Shown here: piece by piece, positions 38,461 through 51,335 of the stretch
Numbering within the stretch: position 1 is the stretch's first letter
Layout: each line of letters opens with the position of its first letter
Source: Felis catus
Taxonomy: Eukaryota
Assembly: GCF_018350175.1 (NCBI RefSeq)
Contig: NC_058373.1
Span: 111,912,001 to 111,976,000, forward strand
Direction of reading: 5' to 3'
Length of the DNA: 64,000 bases
Program-made: the position numbers and the translations under genes
Notes under the pieces: model-generated
Told to the model about the DNA's origin: nothing
Databases searched by the model: none
Seen by the model: the letters and a program-made list of their open reading frames with translations, nothing else

Positions 38461-38874
38461 CATGGAAGATGTGAGCCTGTGAATTGCTCCTTCTTGGGCA
38501 GACACACCGTGGAGAGAGACCAGGGACAACTCAGGGCACACAGTGGGCCTAGAATCTTGCCTGGACAAGTCCTGAGCCTCTAGGGCAAGTGGGAAAATTG
38601 AGTGCAGACACCAAAGTCCATCAGAATAACAGATGAAACATAAAAATACCAATACCTTGTCCCCATGGTGTCACAGGAGAGAAATCGTTGCCTGCTTCTG
38701 GGATTAGAGAGACGCCGATCTTGCATTTTGTCCTATTCTGCAGGAGCATTCTAAAGTGGATTCAGGCCCATCCAACTTCAGAATCTGTAAGAACCAGGAC
38801 AGAAGGACATCTGAAACACCACTGCTTCACCACTCTATATACACAGGAGGCTGAAAGATGACTTCGCTCACTTT

Positions 38875-39516
38875 TCTTTTGAGATAAAATTCACAACATA
38901 AAAATTACCATTTAACCATTTTTAAAGTATATAATTTAGTGACTTTCATGACATTCGCAATGTTGTGTAACCATCACCACCGTCCACTTCCAAGATATGT
39001 CCATTACCCCCAAGGAAACCCCTACCCATTATGTCGTCACTCCCCATTCATCCTGTCCCAACCCTTGGCGGCCGCTAGCCTACTTACCGTCTGTAGATTT
39101 ACCTGTTCTGACCATTTCATAGAAATGAAGTAACATAATATGTGGTCTTTTGTGTCTGACTTCATTCACTTTGCGTGGTGCTTTGCTGGACATCCATCTT
39201 AAAGTGTGCATTAGCACCTCCTTCTAGCTTTATGGCTGAATGATATCCTTTTGTACGACGATCTGATTTGTTTATCCATTCATCAGTCAATGGACGTTAG
39301 GTCGCTACCACTTTTTAGCAATTACGAATATTTGGCTGCTATGAAATTTGTGTACAAGTCTTTGTGTGAACATATGGTTTCGCTTCTCTTGGGTATATAG
39401 CTGGGAGTGAAATTGCTTCATCAAATGTTTAACATTTTTTGAGGAACTGCCAATATGCTTTCCTCAGCAACTACACTAAATTTTACAGTCCCACCAGCAA
39501 TGTCTAAGGGTTCCAA
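38875..39516 (-). mobile_element. L1MB-type 3' end
   Basis: TTTGAGATAAAATTCACA...TTGTGTAACCATCACCAC...TTTTGAGGAACTGCCAA...CCCACCAGCAATG; possible TSD TTC(G/A)CTCACTTT at 38863-38874 and 39517-39528. Confidence 0.88.
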
Positions 39517-40724
39517 TTCACTCACTTTCTGAAATCTTAGCTATCTAAGCCAGAAGTCCAGGGGTCTTAACTCCTCATATTGGTATCTTCCTTATAGACC
39601 TTCCAAAAATACAACCAATTGGATAGCGACAGAGTCCCAATCTAACATCTGAAATGGGGAAATGGCCTCCAGCCGAACCTGAGCTGATAGCCAACACCTC
39701 ATCACACATCCTGAGAGACACTCTCCCTGCAGCTGCCCCTGAAGCAGGGCTTCTGAACAGCTCAGAATTGCAAGGACACCTTATGCCCCGTCCCCTAGAT
39801 CTGTTAGGTATGAACGTGCAAGCATGGTGCCCCCAGGGCCCCCACTTGCAAATCAGATGAGGAAAGAAAAGGGGAGTCTAGATCTCATTGGGAAGTAGAA
39901 GGAGTGGAAACAGGCCAGATTCCGGGGAACCATTTTATTAGCCAGAAATTAGTGCTGCTTTCTGCAGAAGCCAGAAGACCGGGAACCCCCTGGGGCAGGG
40001 CAGGTGGACCAGCAGCAGGGCACAGAGTGGCAGGCTGCCGGGCAGGCAAAGAGCAGCATCTGCCCTGTCCAGTGGGAGGTGATTCACTGAGGTCTAGGCA
40101 GGCATCTTGGCACAGCCTCAAGGCATGGGCATGAGGAGCGGGGCCAGGCCCTTGGGCGACAGATGAGAACGAGGCAGGGTCCTGGCAGGTCTGAGAGGCT
40201 GAGCCACAGGACTTCACGCTGCCCCTGCCTGCTGGTTTCACCTCTAGTGAGACACTGTCCCTCCTCAAATTGCATCCCAGTGGTTGAAAACAACACTTCT
40301 CTCTAGATCCCTGAACACAGGATGCCCCCGCCATCATTTACACCATTTGCTCCCTGAAAACTTACACCCCCCCCCCCGCAGAAAACTCAGGTCTCAGCTC
40401 AAGCACATGGCTTCTGTGACACTCCCCCACATACACACGTCTATGCTCTCCGATGGTTTGGGGGGCTCCGACCCCGCACCCTCTGCCTTGTGGCACTGTG
40501 CAACAATGGCCTTTCTTACTGTCCTGATTTGTGGCTGTCTCCCCACAGTGGTGAGCAATGCCAGGGCAGGGACAGACACTTCTCCCATGTATGCCCAATC
40601 CAGAGCCCTAGGCAATCAAAGGCACTTTTGTGGTAAGTCTGCTCCTGGGGGACTGGACAGAGAATGACCAGAACTGGTGACAGAGAACCAGACAAGGGGT
40701 TCAGCATGAGAATAGCCACAGGCT

Positions 40725-41046
40725 GAGTGGTTTGGCAAACTATGGCCCACAGGCCAAATCTAGCTCACCTCCTGTTTTTGTATGGCCTGGGAGTACAGAT
40801 TGGATTTCATATTCTTAAGTGTAAAAAAAAAAAATCAAAAGAATAGTATTTCATGATGTGAAAATTATATCAAATTCAAATTTGATTATGTAAATAAGAT
40901 TTTTAATTTTCTTAAAAGTTTATGGCAATTTGTTTTTCCTCTTGTTCTATGATTACCTACATAATATTCTTGATTTTGCTTCTTGGCCCATGAAGATTAA
41001 ATTATTTACTATGTGGCCTTTTACAGAAACAGTTTGCTGACCTCTG
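40725..41046. mobile_element. MER58B-like hAT MITE
   Basis: TTGGCAAACTATGGCCCACAGGCCAAATCTAGC...TTTACTATGTGGCCTTTTACAGAAACAGTTTGCTGACCTCTG. Confidence 0.85.
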
Positions 41047-41529
41047 CTCTGAATGGCTTGGCATGATTCAGTCCTAACATCTACCCCCACCCCCACAATC
41101 CACCCAAGACCAAGCCTGTGACTCCCCTTCCTTGAATGGCAGCATTGTCTGTGAAGAAGGACTTACTCCCTGTCAGTGCTTAACTCCATGCTCCCAACCA
41201 CACACACCTCTTATTTGGTATCAAAAGGCTTCAGGAAAATACAAAGCCATTACAGCTCACAGAAAGATTAACAACCCTCCCTACAATCAGTGATGAAGGT
41301 GGGATAGTCCTGAAGTCTCTTTGTTTATTGACCACCTACTACATGCCAGGCACTGCATGAAATATTTTAAAGACACTATTTTGAGTTTCAGGAACCTCTT
41401 TAGAAGTTCTCATCCTTATTCCCCTCATATATGTGGAAGAACAGAGATAATGGTCCCCTTTTCCCCTTTTATTCTCTTCTGTCTTCACTCTGAGTGGAAA
41501 AGGAATCTTTAGCATAAAACATCAAGCCA

Positions 41530-41985
41530 CAATAACTTATATAGCACTTGTCATGAGCAAGGCATTGTTTTGAGGCGTTCTCAACCATGTCACTACTGAC
41601 ATTTGGGCTGAATAATTCTTTGCATGGGGGGTTGTCCTGTGCATTGTAGGATGTTCTGCAGCATCCCTGGCCTCTATCCACTAGGTAAATGCAACTCTTC
41701 CTCCAGTTATGACCACCAAAAATATCTCCAGACATTGCCAAATGCCCTTTGGGGGTGAAGGTGGAGGCAAAGTTGTCCCCAGTTGAGAACAACTATCCTG
41801 CATGTTTTACATATAAACTCACAAAAACTAAATGAAATAGGTCTTGTTATTATCTTCATTTTAGAGATAAGTAATCTAAGGCACAGAAAGGCTAAGTAAC
41901 TTCTTCAGGGTCACACAGCTGGTAAGTGATAGAATGGGACAACAATCCATATTGTCTAGTTCCTGTATCCATGCTTTTGCTACTG
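41530..41985 (-). mobile_element. MIR split by MER20
   Basis: ACTTATATAGCACTTG...GGCATTGTTT, then after MER20 CATTTTAGAGATAAGTAATCTAAGGCACAGAAAGGCTAAGTAACTT...GGTCACACAGCTGGTAAGTG. Confidence 0.8.
41573..41795. mobile_element. MER20 hAT MITE
   Basis: TTCTCAACC...GACATTTGGGCTGAATAATTCTTTG...CAGCATCCCTGGCCTCTATCCACTAG...CTCCAGACATTGCCAAATG...CAGTTGAGAACAACT. Confidence 0.92.
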
Positions 41986-42565
41986 TCGATTTTATTAAGT
42001 CTCAGAACCCACCAAGCTGACCCCACCTAGAAAACTCTAGGGGATACCCCTTTTGCCCTGGTAGGGTAGAATCGAAGGCCTCCTTGGCTTGACCACAGGA
42101 AGCACCATTAAGATAAAACAGAGACTGGGAGAGGGCTAGAAAAGAGGGAGTAAAGACAAGGCCCCAGAAACACAAAACTGCTAGGCATCCATTGAGGCTG
42201 ACTCTGTGTGGCCTGATGGGAAATGAAGCAAGTCCTATTTTGCACCACACTCTGCGCTATGGATATTCATGACCAGCTGGGAGAAATTTCTTTCCTGTTG
42301 CTCTCCTCCCTTCATCCCTCCTTCCTACTGTTCTCCCCCTGCTCCTTCTCTTCCTCTTTTCTTCCCTCTCTCCTCCTTTCCTCGCTTTCTCTTCCTTTCT
42401 TTGATGCTGTTAATGGCTGTGCACCTGCCTTTCCAGACATTATGAGATACAACAGGAGACATGAGAGTAAATAAATGAACTGAGGCTCAGAGCTTAATGA
42501 GGTCAAACACAGACATGCATACACACCTCCCTCACCTGACAGACCTACTAGTACAGCTGGGGTTT

Positions 42566-43031
42566 TATATCAGTTATGATTGCTGTGGGCTCCAGGTAAG
42601 AGAAAGAAACCAGACTTAGAGTAGCTTCACTAAAAGGGGGACAATTATTCTCTTTCCCAGAAGGGTCAGATGTAAGCCCTCCAGGACTTCTGAGTGGTTT
42701 TGCAATGCTATTGGCATCCCAGGCTCCCTCTGTCTTTCTGCTTCTCTATACTGCCATATGGCTTTCATCCCTTTGCTCACAAAAAGGCTATTGAACTTCT
42801 AGGCGTCACAACTGTAATTGGGCAGTAAAAGCAGGGAGGGGACAAGATGGAAAGGTGAGGGCCAGCTGAGTCTGTCCCTTTGGCTTACGTCTCATTGGTC
42901 AGACTGGGTCACACGACCACTCTACCTACAAGAAAGTCTGTGGAGGTGCTTATCTTTATTTTTATTTTTTAGGTTTATTTATTTATTTTTGAGAGAGAGA
43001 GAGGGAGAGAGAGAATGCACTATCAGGGGAG

Positions 43032-43078
<47 letters not shown>

Positions 43079-43325
43079 CCCAAGCAGGCTTCACACTGGC
43101 AGTGCAGAGCCTGAAACGGGGCCCGAACTCAGGAAAGAACTTGCGCAAGATCATGACCTGGCCTGAAATTAAAAGTCCAAGGCTTAACCAACTGAGTCAC
43201 CCAGGTACCCCCGTAGGTAATTTTAATTGGGCATGTTATACCACACTGCAAAAATATTTGGGTTCAGTGAGTAAGGAAGTAGGGAAGAATGAATATTGAG
43301 GGGATGTCTAGCAGTGTCTGCCCCA
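42566..43325 (-). mobile_element. MLT1J-like LTR split by a SINE
   Basis: CCCAGGCTCCCTCTGTCTTTCTGCT, GCTTACGTCTCATTGGTCAGACTGGGTCACA, AAGGAAGTAGGGAAGAATGAATATTG...GCAGTGTCTGCCCCA. Confidence 0.72.
42955..43212 (-). mobile_element. Can-SINE with expanded (GA)n
   Basis: (TTTA) tail, long (GA)n, AATCCCAAGCAGGCT body, AACCAACTGAGTCACCCAGGTACCCC head. Confidence 0.93.
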
Positions 43326-43395
43326 GATTCCAAAGGCAGTGTCCATTCCACCAGGGAACACTGTTTGCTGAGAGCCAGTGGGCTGGAAAGGAGAT

Positions 43396-43635
43396 ACAAA
43401 CTCTGGGGATGGTGGCTAACCTTGAATCTCGGCCGTTTCCTTTACTGTCTGCACGACCTTGGGCCAATTGCTTTATATTTTCCTTCCTCACTTTCCTCAT
43501 CTATAAAATTTGGGGGGGGGGGAATCCCACCCAACTCACAGTATTTCATGGGGATAAAATCAGTTAGCACATGTAAAATACTTAGAATAGTGTCTGGTGC
43601 ATAATAAGCCCTCGATAAATATTAGCTATTTTTAA
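43396..43635 (+). mobile_element. MIR
   Basis: ACGACCTTGGGC...TTTCCTCATCTATAAAAT...CATGTAAAATACTTAGAATAGTGTCTGGTGCATAATAAGCCCTCGATAAATATTAGCTATT. Confidence 0.82.
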
Positions 43636-44499
43636 GCTGTAACTATTTACTGAATATCTATTATATGCCAAATGCACCAAATTATCTTTTCTAATCCTCA
43701 CAACAAATGCACAAGGGAAATAAATGTCCACCCACATGGTATGAGTTCAGGAGGGGTCCCAGGCCCCGGTACCTGTCATTTTGACATTTCATTGAAGCCT
43801 TCTAATCCTTAAGAAATTCTTTAATGAAAACACCTCTATGAAAGGTCTCTATGCACTTTTCAGCAAGCAGCTTAACATCTGACACCAAGGCAGAGATTTG
43901 TAGCATCAGCACACTAGGATGTCAGACAGAGCCTTTCCCTGGCACTTTCGAGTAGGTCTTGCCCTGGGTTTAGTTCCAAGTTTTGAGGGAAGATTTAATC
44001 TAATTTCTGTTCTTTTTTGCTTGATCTGCAAATCGACTCACCCATCCCAGATACTTAAAGATATGTGATAATGGTGCTCTGGGAATCAAGCAGGGGCTGA
44101 CGCACTCAGAGCTTTCACGGTCAATTAGGACAGGGTGGAATCTATAGAAATGTTCGAGTATAGGAGCATAGGGGAGAGAGGAGACTGAGGGTCACAGATT
44201 TCAGCAGTTGGCCCCTGGGTAGAGTCAGACTAAGCTGGAGAACAATCAAGTTCAAGCCCCACACCCTTACTTTAGGGAGATGCCAGGTGCTGACTGAAGA
44301 GCAGTGATGTCTAAGGCAGCCAGCAGGAGAGAAGGCATCGGTTCTGCTATAGAGGTGAAAATAGACATGACTCCCACCAAGCAGCCCCTTTGTGCTTGCC
44401 ACGCCCCCAAATCAACCATCAGATTGGGGCTGACTCCTAGAAGTTCAGTCTAAATAAAATCACATGTTCCTGGAAGTGCTCTGAAAAATTCAAAGACTC

Positions 44500-44940
44500 C
44501 CATCTTAGAATAAATTCTATTCCTAGGAATATTTTCTATATATTCTAAATATTCTATATATTCCTAGGAATATGTTCTATAGAGAACATGTGCAAAATGA
44601 TTTTTCACTATGGCATTATTTTTAATAGTGACAAAACTGGGAACAACCAAAGCATTCATGAATAGGGGGCTAGTTAATTTATCAAATACATATTTTTAAA
44701 AACACAGATGGGCATCAGACTTTATTTACCTGAAAAGTTATAGCTGATATGTAGTTAAGTAGGAAAAAGCACAATATGAAGCAGCATGTAAGGCAAGGAC
44801 CATACACATGAAAATAAAAAAATTGAATAAATATATATACTTAAAAAAATATTAGCAGAAAGGCAAGAACATGAACTGAGATGAATACCGAGATGTTTGG
44901 AAAAATTTCACCCAAATGTTAGCATTGTTTATCTGCATAA
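44500..44940 (+). mobile_element. L1ME-type fragment
   Basis: AATTCTATTCCTAGGAAT, GCATTATTTTTAATAGTGACAAAACTGGGAACAACC. Confidence 0.65.
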
Positions 44941-44944
44941 AAAA

Positions 44945-46010
44945 TTTCCTGCAGAACCAGGTTTCTCGCTGTTGGAGTTGAAATTTACAAATAGGCAAGG
45001 GGAGGAAGCTGGAATAATCCATATGTTAATGGATTAGAGTTTGAAGCAGCAGTATGAACTCATGTTTAGCTTAGTATAGACACAGATGGTGGCATATAGA
45101 ATATTTATAGATATGTGTACACACGCAGGTTAATATATGCACACATATTTCTTTGTTCTGTCAGCTGAGAGGGCCTAGAAGAAATGACATACCAGTACCA
45201 AGGAGCATACCTCATGCCCACGTCTTTATTTCTAATACCATTCTCCAATAAAAGGAACCAGGGCTCCTTAAAGAAATGGCTGATTCTAGGACTAGGGTGT
45301 AAAACATACAAGATGAGCCTAGAGCATCTTCTAATGCCATAAAGTAAAAAAGGACTAAAAAAAAAATTAACATGAAGTAACCCATATGGATGTGTATGTC
45401 AAAGCAGTACAGAATTCCCTATGGCCAACATTGGAACAATGTGAGCAACAACGTAAATAAAGTAGTATTGGACTATAATCCAAATATAAAATAGATACCT
45501 ATGAGCCCACACTAATATAAATAAATTATAAATGGTAGGGAGAGGAGACAAAATAAATCTCGTGCAAAAGAATTCCAAATAATTTCTGTAGATGCTCGGC
45601 CCTAAGAGAGGGAGGGCATAATTTCCCACTCCTGTAATGTGGCTGTGCACAGTGGCCTCCTCGCAAAGAGGACAGCAGGGAAAGAGGGAAAAAGAATAGC
45701 TTCACAGTGGAGAAGACTGACAAGCTCATCTCAGTCTGGTGGTCAAGGTCAACATCAACAGTCATAAATCATGCTAATAGTATGTAACCTTGGTATCATG
45801 TGATAAAGATGACACTTTGCCCCTGGGATCTTCCTCCTCAAAATTCACAACCCCAGCCTCGTCATGAAAAAAATCATTAGATAGATTCTAGTAAAGGGAC
45901 ATTCTCCAAAATGCCTGACCAAGGTCCTTAAAAACGAGGAGAAGCTGACAAACTGTCACAGCCAAGAGAAGTCGAAGGAGATGGGTAACTCTAAAACTGT
46001 TTAAAAAAAA
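44945..46010 (+). mobile_element. L1MC-type 3' UTR
   Basis: CTGTCAGCTGAGAGGGCCTAGAAG, TTCTCCAATAAAAGGAACCAGGGCTCCTT, GGTCAAGGTCAACATCAACAGT. Confidence 0.85.
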
Positions 46011-47211
46011 TAACGTTTTTCCTTTATAAAGTTCCCACAGAATGATTTTTCCCTAAACAAAAGGATCAAAGTGAATTTTGATCTCAACCTTTAACAATGC
46101 AGAAAGTCAGTAAGGGCTTTGAAAATAAAGCTTTTCTTTAAAGGTTTTCCAACATCCTGGATCAAATTCTTACACGGGGCCTTAAGGTCAAAGTTCTTGG
46201 GCTTTCTCCAGGAAATTAAAAGATTTTCCCAAATATATCAGAGGCAGGCACAACCCTCACTAAGGGGAGGGCCTGAAGAAGATCGAGGTTTCCTTTCCTG
46301 GGCTCTCAGTGTTTTTCTCATCACACATACCTGTAGGTTGCACATGTACATCTCAGCACAGCCATTGTGACATGACAAAGCCTACTGTTTCCAGGGACAT
46401 TTACAACACTTTTATCAGCCCCTAGTCCACTTTTATCAGATGGTGTTGACCACTATCTGTCCCTAGAACAGGCACAGAGGAGCTCTTCAGAGAGGCTGTG
46501 GAGTCTCCAAATAGAAGTGCACAGGTGATGGCCAAATACTGGCAGTCCCATAGCCTCAGGCCCCTGAATCCGTGGGGATGGTCTGACACTTTGCCATGAG
46601 CACATCTGGAGGACAGACTGATTTATAAGATATCCCCAAGATTCTCCCAGCCCCCACTTTAAATGAGAAAGAAGAATCCTCAAGCTGAAAGGGGCAAGTC
46701 ATGGAATTGTTTTATTTCTTATTGATTTTGTACATATGCAACTCAGCTAAGTAGAATTATAGCAAATTGTGTTCCTGATGACCCAGGAAATATGCTAAAA
46801 AAGTAATACTTCTGAATAGTCAGAAAAGTTCCAGAAGTTAGCCCTAGGATTTAGAAACAAGGTCAGAAAATGACATCTTTGAAAACTGGAAATGATAAAA
46901 ATCAATATACAACGAATGGGATTAGTCCCCTGTAGTTATTCATCCTCTGTAAATCATCCACCTCAGAGATGCTCAGCAAACATATCTTAGAGAAGACTGG
47001 AGTGCCTCCCAAAACCAGTCAAGGGCCCCAGGAGACTTCTGCATTGCCACCGGAAACTACTAATCTCAAATGGACCTTATCTTATTGAGATAAACTATAA
47101 TTTTGAAAATTGTAACATGCTAATGACAAATACAATGGAAAACTCTCCTTGGAATCTAGAGATAGGAGACAAATAGAAAAGTCCTGGTCAGGGTTTTAAA
47201 AATAAATCTAA

Positions 47212-47406
47212 AGGAATAAAAGTCACAATATAGGGAATATAGTAATATAGTAATACTATAATAATGTCACATGGTGATAGATGATAGCTACACTTGTGGT
47301 GTGCATAGCATAATGTATAGAGCTGTTGAATCAATATGTTGTACACTTGAAACTAATGTCACATAGCATGTCAACTGTACTCAAAGAAAATAATTTTTTA
47401 AAATGG
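47212..47406 (+). mobile_element. 5'-truncated carnivore L1 3' end
   Basis: GCTACACTTGTGGTGTGCATAGCATAATGTATAG...TGTACACTTGAAACTAATG; TSD AAAATAA(A/G)TCTAA at 47199-47211 and 47407-47419. Confidence 0.85.
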
Positions 47407-49439
47407 AAAATAAGTCTAACCAAGAGTGACCAATTTATGGCTTTGGTTGGTGGAAAAGTGTCCTCCCCTGAAAAAATTGGGACAATTCTTCAGGTTCTGG
47501 AAGAGCTAGTCCTGTGAGACTAGGTAAACCCTCTCTTTGATTTTAGTTCTCCAAGGAACCTTAGGATCTCCAGGGAAGACACTGTGAAGGAGGCGATCCA
47601 GATAAGTGGACATGAGTATCCAATTAGTAGGAGTCCTACAATATTGTGTCTCTAAATCAGTGTCTCATGAATTTGGAAAGTGGCCCTCCATACTTCAGAG
47701 CTAGCACATACTGGAGTGCTCCTTGGAGGCAAGGGAGTTCCCAAATTGCAAGGCTAAGGACTCACATGCTGGACTAAGTTGTCCTCCTAGTGGTCACTTC
47801 ATGAGGCCCACATGGGCCACCAGCCGGCCACATTAAAAAAATCATATCCTACATCTTCCATTCTATAAGACAGCCTATTTACTTAAGATGTTTCTTAGAC
47901 TCTTCTCCTTTGGGGACTGGCTAATGTTACAGTAGATGGATGGGTCTGACCTACCCAGATCTTCCTCTAACTGTAGATTTTTCAAATTCATCAAAGAACA
48001 AGAGAGTTGGGTACTTTCTTAAATGCATTGAACCACTTGGTGGCCCCTATCTAGTAGTTGGGTATCAATGAAGAAACCATGACAAGACATGTTTGGACAC
48101 GAGCAAGAATCCTTCATTCATGCTGCACACACAGGCTTTACCATCCATTTGTATCAGTATCATCCATGACCTGAAAACAGCATTACTTCACGGACGCCAC
48201 AATTTTTCAGTTACAATTTAAAAATCAACACTCACAAGAGGGGAAATTGTGTTAGTCTCTCATATGCAGAGAATAAGCCATAATTTCCTTGAAGTTTTAC
48301 CCGTGGGTTATAGAGAATGTAGGTTTTAAAATATTTGCCTGTATCTGAGTAGAAACAATCTTACTCCTCAGTGCATGCTCTTAAAAAAAAAAAAATAACC
48401 TTATTTGGACTCTATTCTGCCTTCTAAGACAACAACTATCACTTCTCCTTCCCTACTTTGCCCTCTTCTCTCTGTCAAATGTCTTTTATCACAAAGAAAT
48501 TGCAAGGCTTCGGGTCATACTCAGCTTTTCCCTTGGTTTCAGTAGGGCTCCTTGGTGAACACATACCCTGTTATGATTAAAAACATTTGCCAGCTCAAAA
48601 TGTCTTCTCCAAGCCCCTCTATAAAAGAATATTAAAATCAAGGCTCGTGCTGTTATGAGTTTCTGGAACAACAGTCCCAGAGGCAACAGCTGCTCTTTCT
48701 TATTGTTGTAACAGCAACTCTCTTGGCAGCACTGAGATGGGCTTTTATAACTTCCCTGGAGGGAACCCACTGAAGTTCAAGTGATCCCCACCAATTCCTG
48801 ACCTCTGTGTGATCCAGAAGACTCCCTGCCAGCCACCAGCTAGCTATGCAATGTGGGGCCCATGAGCCCCTCCTCCAATGAACTACACAAGAAGGAAATG
48901 AAAAAGAGAGAGAAAGAGAGCTCTCCAAGAGCCTGGACAGCATTCCTCTGTATCTAATGGCCCTCCTCTGAGGCAGCTGCTTCCTTCAGGCATGACTTCC
49001 CATCTGGATACTGGGAAGGCCTTAGGTCAGTCGTCAGCACTTTGCACCAGAGATACTCATGAGTTTTAACCTCCAAAGGAACAAGGCAAGAATCCTCTTT
49101 GCTGAAGAGACTCCACAAGAGAACAAAAATGGAGCTTTTGGGGAAGAAGCCTGACCTGACAGGTCTCTGGTTTGCTAAGGAGACAGCAGCACCACTTGCA
49201 GGTAAGAACACAGAGAAGGAATGGGACTCCTGCAGCTTGAGAGGCTCAGAAATTAAAAATTGGGGGTAGTGCAGCATCGGACCCCTGCTTTTTGACTCAG
49301 TTCTAGATGCAGAGATGAGCGTAGTTCACCTCTCGAATGAGGGAAAGATTATTTTTTTCCCACTACTTCTGTCATCCTTGGGAGCCCAGTAGATAAGCCA
49401 TTTTAATACATAGCGATATTAGGTATCATTTATGTTTTA

Positions 49440-49600
49440 TATACATTATATTATTAAATCCTCACAATGAGCCAATGAGATGAGTATTATTATTTTTATT
49501 TTGTACATGAATATCTTGAAAATATTAGGGGATAAATAGCTTATTTGAGAATATGCAGCAAGTCAATGGCTGAGGCAGGATTTGAACCAGGCCCCAAAGC
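49440..49600 (-). mobile_element. MIR fragment
   Basis: TTAAATCCTCACAATGAGCCAATGAGATGAGTATTATTATT...GGCTGAGGCAGGATTTGAACCAGG. Confidence 0.65.
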
Positions 49601-49823
49601 ACATGTTCTTTGTCAGGCTATCTTCCCTCTCTACCTTCCATGCCCTCCCTGCCCAGAGTGACTGCACCTCAAGTCTTGGGCCTGTGACCTTGTGTATGCC
49701 AAACCATCAGAAGAAAATGATCTCTATAACACTCCTTGGGGTCTGTTATCTGAATATTTTATGCACTATTTGCTGAAATTAAAACCTACATTGGTCTATC
49801 TCATATGAATGAAAGTCCTTTTT

Positions 49824-49863
49824 GCTTTTTATTAATTTTATACATTACCATTTATTTATTTGT

Positions 49864-49894
<31 letters not shown>

Positions 49895-49946
49895 TTTTGT
49901 TTTTGAGAGAGAGAGAGAAAGTGACCAGGGGAGGGAAAGAGGGAGG

Positions 49947-50000
<54 letters not shown>

Positions 50001-50123
50001 CCCAAGCAGGCTACATGCCCAGTGCAGAGCCCCATGCAGGGCTTGATCTCATGACCATGAGATCATGACCTGAGTCGAAATCAAGAGTTGCATGCTAAAA
50101 TAACTGAGCCACCCAGGTGCCCC
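49824..50123 (-). mobile_element. Can-SINE with (TTTA)n tail and (GA)n
   Basis: ACTGAGCCACCCAGGTGCCCC head; TSD AAGTCCTTTTT at 49813-49823 and 50127-50137. Confidence 0.93.
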
Positions 50124-50375
50124 TGGAAGTCCTTTTTAAATGCCAACATCTCAGGGATGCAAGTCCCCAACAGAGGCATCTAATTTTCATATACATCTCA
50201 GGAGTCCTGCAGGTTACAGTGTTGGCCTTTTCTGCAGGAGGGTCAAATAGACCTGCTCAGAGAAATGGTACAAAATATGGGGAGGACTTCTAGTAAAGCC
50301 TGGATATTGAAAACATGTAATTAGCTTTGCTTCGCATGGAACGATCTCAAAAATGACAGTACAGAAATGTAAAGG

Positions 50376-50502
50376 AGGGGTGCTTGACCAGCTCATTTGG
50401 AAGAACATATGACTCTTGATCTTGGGGTTGTAAGTTCAAGCCCCACATTAGGTGTAGAGATTACTTAAAAATAATCTCTACTTAAAAATAACTTTTTTAA
50501 AA
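50376..50502 (+). mobile_element. Short old Can-SINE (tRNA-derived, lacks CT tract)
   Basis: GACTCTTGATCTTGGGGTTGTAAGTTCAAGCCCCACATTAGGTGTAGAGATTACTTAAAAAT; flanked by AGAAATGTAA / AGAAATATAA. Confidence 0.85.
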
Positions 50503-51094
50503 AGAAATATAATGAAAAAAAGTACGTGGTCAAAGAGAATGCATGGCAAGATGATGGGAATCAAGACAATGGAAAGTGAATGGATGAGTGATACCTGCAG
50601 GTCAGCGAAAGTTCAAACCCAAACTGCCTTCAGAGAGATGGCCAGTGACAAGAAAGCAGATGTGTTCCATGGAGCCCCTACAAGGATTTGGCTTTGAAGG
50701 CACCAAGTACCTCTAAAGGCAAGGATGGGGAGTGGGTCTGGAAACAACCTGAGAGGCAAAAGCCTTCATGAGGAGCATTTACACCTCAGCCCTGTCCTTT
50801 CCCATACCACATGCAATCAAATGGCCAGTGTTCCTCTACCTCTCATGGTCAACAAGAGACATATTCCCTGGAGAAACTGAGCTGACACGTTTTCAGGCCT
50901 GGAGACACCAGGTTCAATAAAGGGTAAAGTACTAAATGCATGAATGTTTACATACTGGACAGTCAGGCTCCAAGTCTTGTCTCAACCCCTCCCCGAAGGC
51001 TGGCATACAGGTGCTTTGGAGAAAATAAACAACACTAGAGAAAGACTTACCTATGATGACATTTCAGGGCTGCTAATAGAAAGACACAGCATCT

Positions 51095-51335
51095 GGGGCG
51101 CCTGGGTGGCGCAGTCGGTTGGGCGTCCGACTTCAGCCAGGTCACGATCTCGCGGTACGGGAGTTCGAGCCCCGCGTCAGGCTCTGGGCCGATGGCTCAG
51201 AGCCTGGAGCCTGTTTCCGATTCTGTGTCTCCCTCTCTCTCTGCCCCTCCCCCGTTCATGCTCTGTCTCTCTCTGTCCCAAAAATAAATAAACGTTGAAA
51301 AAAAATTAAAAAAATATATAAATAAATAAATAAAT
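51095..51335 (+). mobile_element. Very young SINEC_Fc
   Basis: CpGs intact (GGGGCGCCTGGGTGGCGCAGTCGG, GTTCGAGCCCCGCGTC B-box); perfect TSD AGAAAGACACAGCATCT at 51078-51094 and 51336-51352. Confidence 0.97.

Noticed and set aside
47775..48050. CTCF-like words (GACCACTAGGAGGAC and GGCCACCAAGTGG on the minus strand)
   Set aside because: Both mismatch core positions and cannot be told from background by eye.
50376..50455. tRNA-like sequence
   Set aside because: It is the tRNA-derived head of an old Can-SINE, with degraded boxes and an A-rich tail.
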